From Octopus vulgaris (taxonomy: Eukaryota): a stretch of DNA of 64,000 bases. The stretch lies in contig OX597831.1 in assembly GCA_951406725.2 (NCBI GenBank), positions 70,742,001 through 70,806,000 on the forward strand, written 5' to 3'. Position numbers and translations under genes: made by a program. Shown here one piece after another: positions 53,288 through 64,000 of this stretch. Positions within the stretch are counted from its first letter, which is position 1, and each line of letters begins with the position of its first letter. Below the pieces are notes generated by a model, which was not told the DNA's origin, searched no databases, and was given only the letters and a program-made list of their open reading frames with translations.

Positions 53288-53648
53288 ACTTTTTTTTACT
53301 CTTTTCCTTGTTAGTCATTTGACTGCAGCCATGGTGGAGCACTACCTTTAGTCGAATAAATCGACCCCAGGACTTATTCTTTGTAAGACTAGTACTTATT
53401 CTATCAGGATCTTTTTGCCGAACCACTAAACACACCAACATCGGTTATCAAGCAATGGTGGTGGGGGCTAAAACACATACAAACAACAAACATATACATA
53501 CATATATATATATACAACTGGCTTCTTTCAGTTTCCGTCTACCAAATCCACTCACAAGGCTTTGGTTGGCCCGAGGCTATAGCAGAAGACTGAACCCAGA
53601 ACCATGAATTTGGTTAGCAAGCTTCTTACCACACAGCCACTCCTGCAT
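53288..53648 (-). mobile_element. SINE family A with internal deletions
   Basis: Matches consensus. Confidence 0.85.
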
Positions 53649-54196
53649 CTATATATCTACATATATATTTTATGCATATAAAATTTAATAGGATGTTGAT
53701 TTGGTTTCACATTACTACAAGGAGCAGAACACACCCACAACATCAGATGTTTACATAATCTGAGTGGAGAGAATTTAAATGGAATTTAAGATATGTTCTA
53801 GGTGAGAGCAATTAAGTCCTCGTCTCAGTGTCAGTCTGTTCTGTGTGGAGCATGCAGTGAAAAACCTGAAGTCACTGAAATGTCACAGACTATGCCAACT
53901 AAACTGTTGCCCACATTTTGCCTGCTCTTTTACATGGAACATGCAAGAAAAGAACTGATGTCCCTAAGATAATTTAAACTCTCACATGACCTGAACTGAC
54001 CAATGGAAGTACAAATACTTTCACCTAGAATGCATTTTTAATTTCTTTTATATTCCCAGTCTAACTCCAAATATCTGGTGATGTAGACATGTTTTGTCCC
54101 CACAAAATTATGAGGAGCTGAGCCAATGAGTCGTTAAATACATACGACCTTAATTAGATATATAGAATGCTAGTCTCTTTCATTTATTCTCCCTTC

Positions 54197-54250
<54 letters not shown>

Positions 54251-54405
54251 TGTGCGTGTGTGCGTGTGTGTGTGCACATACATAAAGGAACGGAGAAATA
54301 CACAGATTTACAGAGAGTGAAATGAATCATACATATTGTAAAATTCAAAATACTTCGGAATTGAAAACCTATCAGATTTATGGGACATGTGATGTGTATG
54401 TGTTT

Positions 54406-54437
<32 letters not shown>

Positions 54438-54926
54438 ACAGACATGACATACTTTTAGTGATTTTAATATCAGAATATGCTTCAACTCTTCATTTCTGTT
54501 TCACTTTAATTCTTCTCTCATAGACACAATGACACACACATACACACACTCACGCACACATACACATTTTCTCACTAATTTCCTCTAAATGACAATGTAT
54601 AGCCTGTGTGTGTTGGAACGCAGTAATCACTAAAATAATTCCTTTAAATATCATATCTTCAAAAATTTAGAATGTTGTTTCAAGTACAATGGAAAGTGGA
54701 ACATAATTTATCCTTTGTTTTACATTTTAGATTTGTTTATATTTATGAAATATTCAAGTATTGTGTTTTATAAATCATTCTGGTAATAATTTACATATTC
54801 ATTATATATATGCATATGTATATGTGTGCGTGTATATATTTATATATATACTCACACACACACACACACATACATACACACACATATGTGTGTGTGTATA
54901 TATATATATGTATATACATATATATA

Positions 54927-55068
54927 ATTCGAATTTACAGAAAACAAAGGAGGAAGACAGGTGAAGAAACAACAAATAAGTATATTTGTTTGACTCTCAA
55001 GAAGACTGGAGAAGTCTCTAACATTTTGAGCCTATGTTTTTGAAAGAAAGGACGGAGAGGAAAATAAA
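54927..55068 (-). mobile_element. Diverged relative of the 1258/5159 HHR-bearing repeat
   Basis: Minus strand ..ACATAGGCTCAAAATGTTAGAG..TTCTTGAGAGTCAAAC parallels GCTCGAAACGT..TTCCTGAGCGTCCAA. Confidence 0.45.
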
Positions 55069-55127
55069 GTGCCCCAGCATGGCCACAGCTCATTAGCTGA
55101 AACTGGAAAAATTAAAATCAAATATAT

Positions 55128-55257
55128 AGGCACAGGAGTGGCTAGGCGCAGGAGTGTACTGGGCTTACAAAAGAATAAGTCCCGGGGTCGAGTTGCTTGA
55201 TTAAAGGCGGTGCTCCAGCATGGCCGCAGTCAAAATGACTGAAACAAGTAAAAGAGT
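55128..55257 (+). mobile_element. SINE family A deletion derivative
   Basis: Duplicated head GGC(A/G)CAGGAGTG fused directly to the 3' block TACTGGGCTTACAA.. Confidence 0.8.
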
Positions 55258-55324
55258 ATATATATATATATATATATATAGTAAATGAAAGAGAGAAGAT
55301 GGAATATATGAGAATTTATTGTAA

Positions 55325-55438
55325 ATCACGACAATTGTCTCGGCACATCTAGCATCAATTCCTCTTGGGTGGGACACACAACAACTGGTTCAGAAGTTCA
55401 GGAGCATCAGGTGGTGCAGATGTATCTCGTCAGGTGTT
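55325..55438 (-). ncRNA. Type I hammerhead with long stem II insert, one core substitution
   Basis: Minus: CAC-CTGACGA-GATACATCT-(~65 nt)-AGATGTGCC-GAGA-CAATTG-TC-GTG; palindromic ACAATTGT, GUC triplet, GAGA instead of GAAA. Confidence 0.62.
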
Positions 55439-55513
55439 AAATAACTCATTAAAATGTCTTTCATTTGCTATATACCTAACAATCACTCTGAAAGTGACCG
55501 TGCTTTACCAGTG

Positions 55514-55570
<57 letters not shown>

Positions 55571-55785
55571 GTATATGTATTAATCAGCCGAAAATGCGAA
55601 GATGATCCGGTTCTTGACTGATGATTGAGGGCTTCAAATGTCCCATCCGTGTTTTTTGTGTCGTCTTCTAAATGTTTCCCGTTCTTGTCCCAGTTTGTAT
55701 ATTTTTTAACTTTTTCATATATATATATAATTCGAATTTACAGAAAACAGCTACCAGGTGTAAATCATTCATTTTATTATCCATT

Positions 55786-55817
<32 letters not shown>

Positions 55818-56095
55818 TCTTTTATTCTTTTACTTGTTTCAGTCATTTGACTGCAGCCATGCAGGGGCAACACCCTAAGTCAAGCAAATCAACCTCAGGA
55901 CTTATTCTTTGTGTGCCTATAAATGTGTGTGTGTGTAAAGTGTGGCTGTGTGGTAAGAAGCTTGCTTCCCAACTACATGGTTCTGGGTTCAGTTCCACTG
56001 CATGGCACCTTGGGGAAGTGTTTTCTACTATAATCTCAGACCAACTAAAGCCTTGTGAGTGGATTTGGTAGATAGAAATGGAAAGAAATCCATCA
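55818..56095. mobile_element. Two SINE family A fragments in opposite orientation
   Basis: Tail fragment (-) 55818-55912; 5' half (+) 55940-56095. Confidence 0.75.
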
Positions 56096-56109
56096 TATAT
56101 ATATATATA

Positions 56110-56280
56110 TCATCATCATCATCGTTTAACATCCATTTTCTGTGCTAGGGTCTGGGAAGCCAGGAGTCTGCACCAGGCTCCAGTCTGATCTGGCAGTGTT
56201 TCTATTGCTTGATGCCCTTCCTAACGCCAACCACTCTGTGAGTGTAGTGGGTGCTTTTATGTGCCACCAGCACAGGTATC
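56110..56280 (-). mobile_element. RTE 3' end fragment
   Basis: (CAT)n, GATGCCCTTCCTAACGCCAACCACTC. Confidence 0.82.
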
Positions 56281-56357
56281 ACAAGTACAGTTTCTATTTG
56301 ATATTTATTTTGATATATATAAATATGTACTCACATATATGTATATATATATGTATG

Positions 56358-56405
<48 letters not shown>

Positions 56406-56533
56406 GGAATGTATGTATGTATATACATATATATATATGTGTATATATATATATGTATGTATATATATGTATATATATATATATATTCGCGTCGATTCGA
56501 TTCATTTCGTTTCATTTTTTTTCTTCTCCAAGT

Positions 56534-56579
<46 letters not shown>

Positions 56580-56779
56580 AAGAGGTGGGATATAATATCC
56601 TAGCAGATACCACATTTCTTTTAGTAGAATGCCAAGGCTCGTTCATTCAGATGGTGCATGTTTTGGTAAACTTCCTTTAGCACCCATCCAATGTTACAGT
56701 TCCTTTCTTGGCTGCTTAGAGTACAATATTGACAATTAGGAGGAGAATGAGGAATTTTAATATTCAAATTTTATGCTTA

Positions 56780-56915
56780 TTTCCACTTAGTTTATTCACA
56801 ATAATTGTCCAATACACGTTTCAATCGCATTAACTGCATATAAATATGCAACAATATGCAGTTAATGCAATCAAAACACATGTCGGACAATTATTGTGAA
56901 TAAATTAACTGGAAA
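56780..56915. repeat. Fold-back (hairpin) with ~63-bp arms
   Basis: TTTATTCACAATAATTGTCC..GCATTAACTGCATAT / ATATGCAGTTAATGC..GGACAATTATTGTGAATAAA. Confidence 0.85.
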
Positions 56916-57992
56916 TAAACACAAACTTTGAATGGGGAAATTCTTCATTTTTCCTTATTATTAAATATATACACACACACAAACACACACACACACACAT
57001 ATATATATATGTGTGTGTGAATGCATATATGTGTGTGTGAGTGTGTGCATGTGTGTGTATGTGTGTTTGTGTGTGTTTGTGTGTGTGTGTCTGTGTGTAT
57101 GTGTGTGTGTGTGTGTGTGTTATCATCATCATCGTTTAGCTTCTGTTTTCCATGCTGGCATGGTGTACATATACATCTATCTATATATGTGTGTGTATGT
57201 GCGTGTGTGTGTATGTATGTATATGGATGTGTTTGCATATATGTGTATATTGAAAGTGTGTGTTTCCGTGTATACACTATTTTTTGTCTGTCACTTATTT
57301 TATATTTCTGTGTTTGAAGAACCATCTACTTATTGTGCCAATGCTTTAGAATGATTCCAATATAAACACCAACATATGCATATGTGCACACAATTCCACC
57401 TGACACACATATACATGTATAAATTTTATTCAAATGAAATGTTTGATGGGAATATTTAGTTTATTCACCTGTATTGGGTCCTCTGCCCATTTATGTATCC
57501 ATTTCCTTTAAGGTAACTAAGAAACACACATTTTGTGTGTGCTCATGTGTGAGTGTGTGTGTGTGTGTGTGTGCACGTGCATGTGTGTGCTTGTGTATGT
57601 GTGTGTGTGTGTGTGATTATCATCATCGTTTAGCATCTGTTTTCCATGCTGGCATGGTGTACATATACATCTATCTATATGTGTGTGTGTGTGCATGTGT
57701 ATATTTATGTATGTGGGTGTTTGTGTATGTGTGTGTGCGTGTGTTTGTGCATGCATGTGCTTGCTCTAGAGAGAAGGAATTTTAGAAACATCAATTTACT
57801 GGATGAGGCTATTAAGGTTGCCGAGTAGTCACCACTGCACAATGGATCAGGGATTGAGTTAGCCTTAATAAAATGCAGTTCAGTTTTATGCCCAGAAGAA
57901 GTACTACGCATGCCCTCTTCCTGGTGCAACAATGGCAGAAGTAGCACTGAATTAAGAGTAAAACACTGTATCTGGCCTTCATTGGCTTAGAC

Positions 57993-58210
57993 CAGTGGTT
58001 TTCAACCAGGGTTCCGTGGAACCTTAGGGTTCCACCAGCACAGTCCACGGGTTCCACAAGAAGTTACAAAACTGCTAAAATCGGCAGTAATTTTTAATTC
58101 TCCTGTGCAGATATGTGTGCATAAGACTATTAAATTATTGCACAGGGGTTCCTTGAGCCAGTGGAATGTTTCCTTGGGGTTCCACTCCAGCAAAAGTTTG
58201 AAAAGCACTG
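57993..58210. mobile_element. hAT (Charlie-like) MITE, 218 bp
   Basis: TIRs CAGTGGTTTTCAA / TTGAAAAGCACTG; 8-bp TSD GCTTAGAC / GCTTAGAG; subterminal GGGTTCC repeats. Confidence 0.9.
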
Positions 58211-58945
58211 GCTTAGAGAAACCTTTAGACAGAGTGGCACACTTTATAGCCTAGAAGACACAAAAGCAGATAAATGTAGATGAATGGCTTGTGAGGGCTG
58301 TACATGTAAAGCAGTTGGTATACTGAGCAGACAATACATGAGGTGTAAGTACTTATTATTCAACCGTTCTAGTGCTGGTGCCACTCCAAAACAAAACAAA
58401 ATGTACCCAATATACACTGTGAAAAGATTGGCAAAAGAAATAACATGTACTATAGAAACAAAGCTAAATAACACATACAAACATCAGTTTATGGATACAG
58501 CATCTACCAATTGAAGATGGTTCAGTCTATGACAACCACCCCAACCTATGCTAGCTTGAAATGCAGACGTAAAAAGGATGACAATGATGAGAATAATGAT
58601 GATGTATATGCATATAAGAGTATTATGAGTGTTGATGTTTGTCTCTTTTGAAACAATTACTCATTATTACTCATTAAATCTTTTTTCCAAATTTGAGCAA
58701 AAATCCTTGGTCATCTCTGAATAATATATGATGATAAAAGTTTGAGTCCCTCGGGTAAACCAGGGAGAATTCAAGAGAAATGATGGTGAAACACTGATAA
58801 TTGTTGTGGTGTGGTAGTGTTTATGTAAGGTAAAGTGTGATCTGCTGATAATGTCAAACTCTCTGATTTTCTTTCTCTTCCAATTTTTCTTTAATACCTC
58901 ACTTTCTCTCTCTGTAATTATTCATTTTTCTGTTTGTCACTGATC

Positions 58946-59010
<65 letters not shown>

Positions 59011-59464
59011 GAGTCTCTCACAGACAACATATAGACATATACGTGCATTTTCATTCATCTGTTTTAGATAACAGTGCACAAACAGCATATGTTGGAACAT
59101 TGTAATTATAAAAATCCTATCTTTTATAAAGTTCATATGTGGTTTTATACAACATGGGAGATAGAAAATAATTTATTCTTTAATTGTTTCACATTTAAAT
59201 TTGTTTATATTAATAAAATATTCAGGTATCCTTCACTATATATCAAACGGATGATTTCATGTTTGAAAGGTATATATGTACACACACACACACATATGTG
59301 TATATATATATATATATATTAGAAGAAATGAGGTACTTAGAAGATCGGATGGTTTATATTTACAGATATTTATTTGTATATTACATTTTTTATATATATA
59401 TCATATCACTTAGATCATTAGCGCTTTCTCCCATTCTAGTGGGGTTTTCAAATCAAACTAAGGT

Positions 59465-59514
59465 ATATATGTACATATACATATACATACATATACATAT
59501 ATATACATATATAT

Positions 59515-59568
<54 letters not shown>

Positions 59569-59576
59569 ATGTATGT

Positions 59577-59607
<31 letters not shown>

Positions 59608-59638
59608 CATATACATACATATATATACATATATATTA

Positions 59639-59670
<32 letters not shown>

Positions 59671-59787
59671 CATATATATATACGTATATATGTGTTTATG
59701 TATATATATATATGCATATATATATGTGTATACATATATAGAGATATGTGTATATATGTATATGTTTGTCTATATATTTGTGTGTGT

Positions 59788-59834
<47 letters not shown>

Positions 59835-59926
59835 CTGGTGTCTGATTGTTGAATATTGTTAACCAATTTCTTTTAATACTGAGTGCTTTATTGATATGTG
59901 CCAGGATTTTTTAATCTCATTCTTTC

Positions 59927-59958
<32 letters not shown>

Positions 59959-60699
59959 CACACATGTGTTTGTATGTATATATTTGTATATATATTTATA
60001 TATATGCATATATATATATATACACACGTGTTTGTATGGTTATATGCATATATATATATATATATATACATATACACACACACATACATATATACACATA
60101 TATAAATATATATATGATGGATGCACTGTCCCCCTCTCCCTCTCACTTCCTTGTTTGTCTCTCACTCTTATCCCATTTCCTCTCTCCTTCCATCCCTAAC
60201 TCTCTTCCCCTCTCTCCTTGTCTTGTCTTAATATCTCGTCATCTCTTTCATTTTTTCCCCCTCTCATTCTTCATCATTTTCTATTGAACTTGAAACCACC
60301 ATCTCTCTTCCCATTTTTTTCTCTCTTCTTTGAAACTTACATTTTGTACCTTTCCAGCCTCCTACCCTGCTTATTCTCCTACCTCATGCTACCACTCCAT
60401 TAATCTTCTGGTCTCTATTCATTTTTTCCATCTTTATCAATTTCCTTCTATTTCTCTTTCTCTCTCTCTGTCCTTCTCACTTTCTCACGTTTTTATCTTT
60501 TTTCTATTTTTCTTTCTCCTCTTTATCTTTCTTTAATTATTCTTTTTTTCTTCCTTTATCTCCTTTTAGCCCACCCTCCCAACCGGCTTTCTCACTTTCT
60601 CTTTTCTTTTTTTCTCTCTCTCTCTCCTGTTCCCTTTCTTGCTCTCCATTCTTTCTTATTCTTTGTCTCATTCTCTCTCTCTCTTTCTCTCTCTCTCTT

Positions 60700-60730
<31 letters not shown>

Positions 60731-61200
60731 TTCTATCTCTCTCTCTTTCTCTCTCTCTCTCTCTTCATTAACTCTTTTCACTGTTTCACTACCACCTTTT
60801 CTTAATTGATTTTCTCAGTTTCTCTCCCTCTCTCTCTCTCCCTTTCTCTCTCTCTCCCTTTCTCTCTCTCTCCCTTTCTCTCTCTCCCTTTCTCTCTCTC
60901 CCTTTCTCTCTCTCTCTCCCTTTCTCTCTCTCTCCCTTTCTCTCTCTCTCTCCATTTCTCTCTCTCTCCCTTTCTCTCTTTCACACTCTCTCTGGTTGTT
61001 GTTTCTCTTTCACTCCACTCTATCACTACCCCCTCCTTTCTACTCACATTCTATTTCCTCTATTTTCTCTTTCCCACCACCTACTCCATCTCTGTTCCTC
61101 ACATCTTTTCTCTCTCTACCATTTCTTCTACTTTTATCTATTTTCTCTCAGTTCTTTCACTTCTTCAGGACTCTTATCCTTCCAGTCTTTAAGTTCCACC
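59465..61200. repeat. TA-rich then CT-rich low-complexity tracts
   Basis: (TA)/(TATG) to ~60115, polypyrimidine with (CT)n to ~61200. Confidence 0.9.
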
Positions 61201-61444
61201 ACTTTTGAGCCTTGTTAATTATTTCTGTATAATTTTATACTTCTCCTTTCAACGCTTACCTACAATTCCTTCTTCTTTAACATTCCCCCACCTCACCTAT
61301 CTTATCTCCTACTCATTCTGCTCCCTTCTTAATTTTAGACATGTGTAAGCATCCCTAATTAGTGACCCCTAATTATTTCAATCAATTTTGTACTTCTTTA
61401 TAAACCATACTATGATATTGCTACCAAAGCAAAAACAAAAGTAA

Positions 61445-61446
61445 CA

Positions 61447-61529
<83 letters not shown>

Positions 61530-61722
61530 TAATAATAGTAATAATAATAGTAATAATAATAATAATAATGATCCTTTCCATCTAAAGTCACAAGGCCTGA
61601 AATTAGGTGGGAGGGGACTAGTTGATTACATTGACCCCAGTTTTTCACTGGTATTTAATTTATCAACCTCGAAAGGATGAAAAGCAAAGTTGACCTCAGC
61701 TGAATTTGAACTCAGAATGTAG
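61445..61722 (-). mobile_element. SINE family C with long (AAT)n tail
   Basis: GAAAGGATGAAAAGCAAAGTTGACC..ATTTGAACTCAGAA is the reverse complement of the C domain; (AAT)n 61445-61570. Confidence 0.75.
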
Positions 61723-61729
61723 CAATGTT

Positions 61730-61760
<31 letters not shown>

Positions 61761-62020
61761 ACCAACAGCAACAACACCGTTAACCATAATAAAGCAACAG
61801 CTAATTTAATATTAACAAGAAGCACCAGAATAACTTCAGCAACATACAACAACAACAACAGCAGCAACAATTGTAACAATAATCTTGGTAGTAATACAAT
61901 GACATAAAAAAAAAATCAATGTGAACGACAACAATAAGAACAGTATTGACAACAATAACTACAAATATAACAACAACATCCACAATAACAACATCGGTAA
62001 CAAATAATATCAATAATAAC

Positions 62021-62272
62021 AGCAACAAATATTAAAAAACAGCAACAAATATAACAAAAACAGCAACAAATATGACAAAAACAGCAACAAATATAACAAA
62101 AACAGCAACAAATATAACAAAAACAGCAACAAATATAACAAAAACAGCAACAAATATGACAAAAACAGCAACAAATATAACAAAAACAGCAACAAATATA
62201 ACAAAAACAGCAACAAATATAACAAAAACAGCAACAAATATAACAAAAACAGCAACAAATATAACAAAAACA
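62021..62272. repeat. 21-bp minisatellite, about 12 units
   Basis: AGCAACAAATATAACAAAAAC repeated from 62041 at 21-bp period. Confidence 0.95.
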
Positions 62273-62369
62273 ACAGCAACAACAGCATCAATAACAACAG
62301 CAACAACAGCATCAATAACAACAATAATTACAGCTGAACTATCATGTAAAGGGAGCTGTCTCTATAATA

Positions 62370-63560
62370 ATGCTTGATCTGCTTGAAATAGCAGCCAAAT
62401 ATTCCTCAGTTCACACTTAATGATTATAATGTGCTCTTGAAATTGTATGGGATGGTCATGGTTTGGAATGGTTTTGGTCATAGGTTTTGTTTGCTCAAAG
62501 CTGACCCAGGACTAAATAACAACAACAACAACAACAACATCTATGGCAATAAAAACATTTATATAAAAACATTTATATAAAAATAGTAGCGGTGATATTA
62601 ACAACAACAACAACAACAACAGATGAGAAAACAAGAATAGCCACTGCAATAACATCTACAGATAAGAACAACGGATGATAACATCAACAACAAAAACAAT
62701 AATAAAGATAGATAAGAACTACCACATCTACTATAACAACAAACACATATTAAAGAAACCCACCCCATTCAACTTGAACACTTCTCCCACCTTACATCTT
62801 TCGTCCCCTACCCAACATCTATTCTCCTGTTCTTGCTCATCTCCTTCCTCTTCTTACTCTTCTTCCTTCTCATTACTCTCCTCCTTCACTCTTCACACTT
62901 AATATTATCGATTAGTAAGTATTGATCTTAAACTCCCCGCCTTGATGATATCCCTGTCCCCTCCGTCACCATCACGAGTGAGGGAATCTATATGTGGTCA
63001 TGTTATCTGCTAGAAATAACAGTCAAATTTCACAGTAAATTATACTCTGCCATCCTAAATAAAAAAAAATAAAGGATATATTAAAAGGTTCTGAATTCCC
63101 TGCATATAGAAAAAAAAACGGGATGGTCACGGTTGGATAGGCTTTGATCATAGATCTGCTTGATATAAGCTTAGTGGGGTGGGGGCTGATCAGCAACAAT
63201 AACAAGAATAAAAAACATCATCAAAAACATTAACAGTGACAGCAACAATTCCTAACCTGCTAGAAATAGTAGCTAAATTTACCTACCAATTTCAGTGATT
63301 GGACTATGCCCTGCTGGAGCACCCCTTCAAGTGTTTTAGCTATAATACTTTGACAAAACACTATAAAGTGTCTGAGAACATCTACATGATTGCTCAGCCT
63401 GTTAGAAATAGCAGCTAAATTTCCTTCCTATCCTACTCCACTTCCTTTAAAAGCAAAAGGAAAGAAGTGCATTAGATAATGTAGTTTTTGATGCAATAAA
63501 AAAATACATGGGATGGTCATAGCTGGATGGCTTTTTGATCATAAGTCTGTTTGATGAGGT
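62370..63560 (+). mobile_element. Three to four diverged copies of an unclassified short repeat
   Basis: CTGCTAGAAATAGCAGC..AAAT and GGGATGGTCA(T/C)GG..TTTGATCATA blocks recur near 62375, 63005, 63255, 63398; two end in (AAC)n. Confidence 0.6.
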
Positions 63561-63832
63561 GGGGGGGGGGGGCGGTGAACTAAAAAAAAGCAACACCACC
63601 ACAGCCACCACCTCCCCCACTACAACAACTACAATAACAGCAACAACAATAGAAACAAATGAACACCACCACCACCACCACCACCACCGTTACAACATCA
63701 ACAAGAGCACCATCACCCCCACCTCCACACTACAACTCTCACCGTCTTAACCACAAGACCAGCTTCACCATCTCCGCCTCCATGACAGTCACCACAGCTG
63801 CTGCTGCTGCTGTTTCTTCTTATATTGTTGCA

Positions 63833-63864
<32 letters not shown>

Positions 63865-64000
63865 TACTGCCACTGCTGCTGCTACTGGTGCTGCTTCTCA
63901 GTATCATTAGCGATGCAGAGCTTACAGCGAGAATCTCCACTCTGCAGTTGTTTCGTCAACGCTACCACGTGCACAGTTTGTGTCTGTATGTAAGTGCATC

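Noticed and set aside
62010-62377. Mucin-like TKTATNI ORF and antisense poly-Leu ORF
   Set aside because: Consequence of a 21-bp minisatellite with no synonymous variation pattern
63659-63997. Poly-Thr/Ala ORF and GTAAGT donor near the window end as a host exon
   Set aside because: Built from CAC/GCT triplet repeats; no recognisable domain or acceptor; needs flanking sequence or RNA-seq

Overview
AT-rich, repeat-saturated eukaryotic non-coding DNA (intron or intergenic), most likely from an octopod cephalopod. That call is an inference from the tRNA-derived SINE families, RTE tails and microsatellite load. No host protein-coding exon can be supported; nearly all listed ORFs are translated (TA/CA/TG)n microsatellites or SINE read-throughs. 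Contents: about 22 copies or fragments of one microsatellite-containing tRNA/CORE-type SINE, two other SINE families, RTE, CR1, R4/Dong and CRE LINE remnants, four Penelope-like elements (PLEs, all minus strand), Tc1, maT and hAT remnants, and two MITEs. The most interesting layer is RNA structure: many type I hammerhead ribozyme (HHR) motifs, mostly with palindromic stem III. These include (i) a 356-nt unit with 18-19 nt terminal redundancy, a 10-bp TSD and an internal HHR, i.e. a candidate circular-RNA-derived non-LTR retrozyme (17721-18095); (ii) a young PLE with inverted pLTRs each carrying an intact HHR (22861-27199); and (iii) several short HHR-bearing or fold-back elements sitting in (TA)n tracts. 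All coordinates were read by eye and old-element boundaries are approximate.
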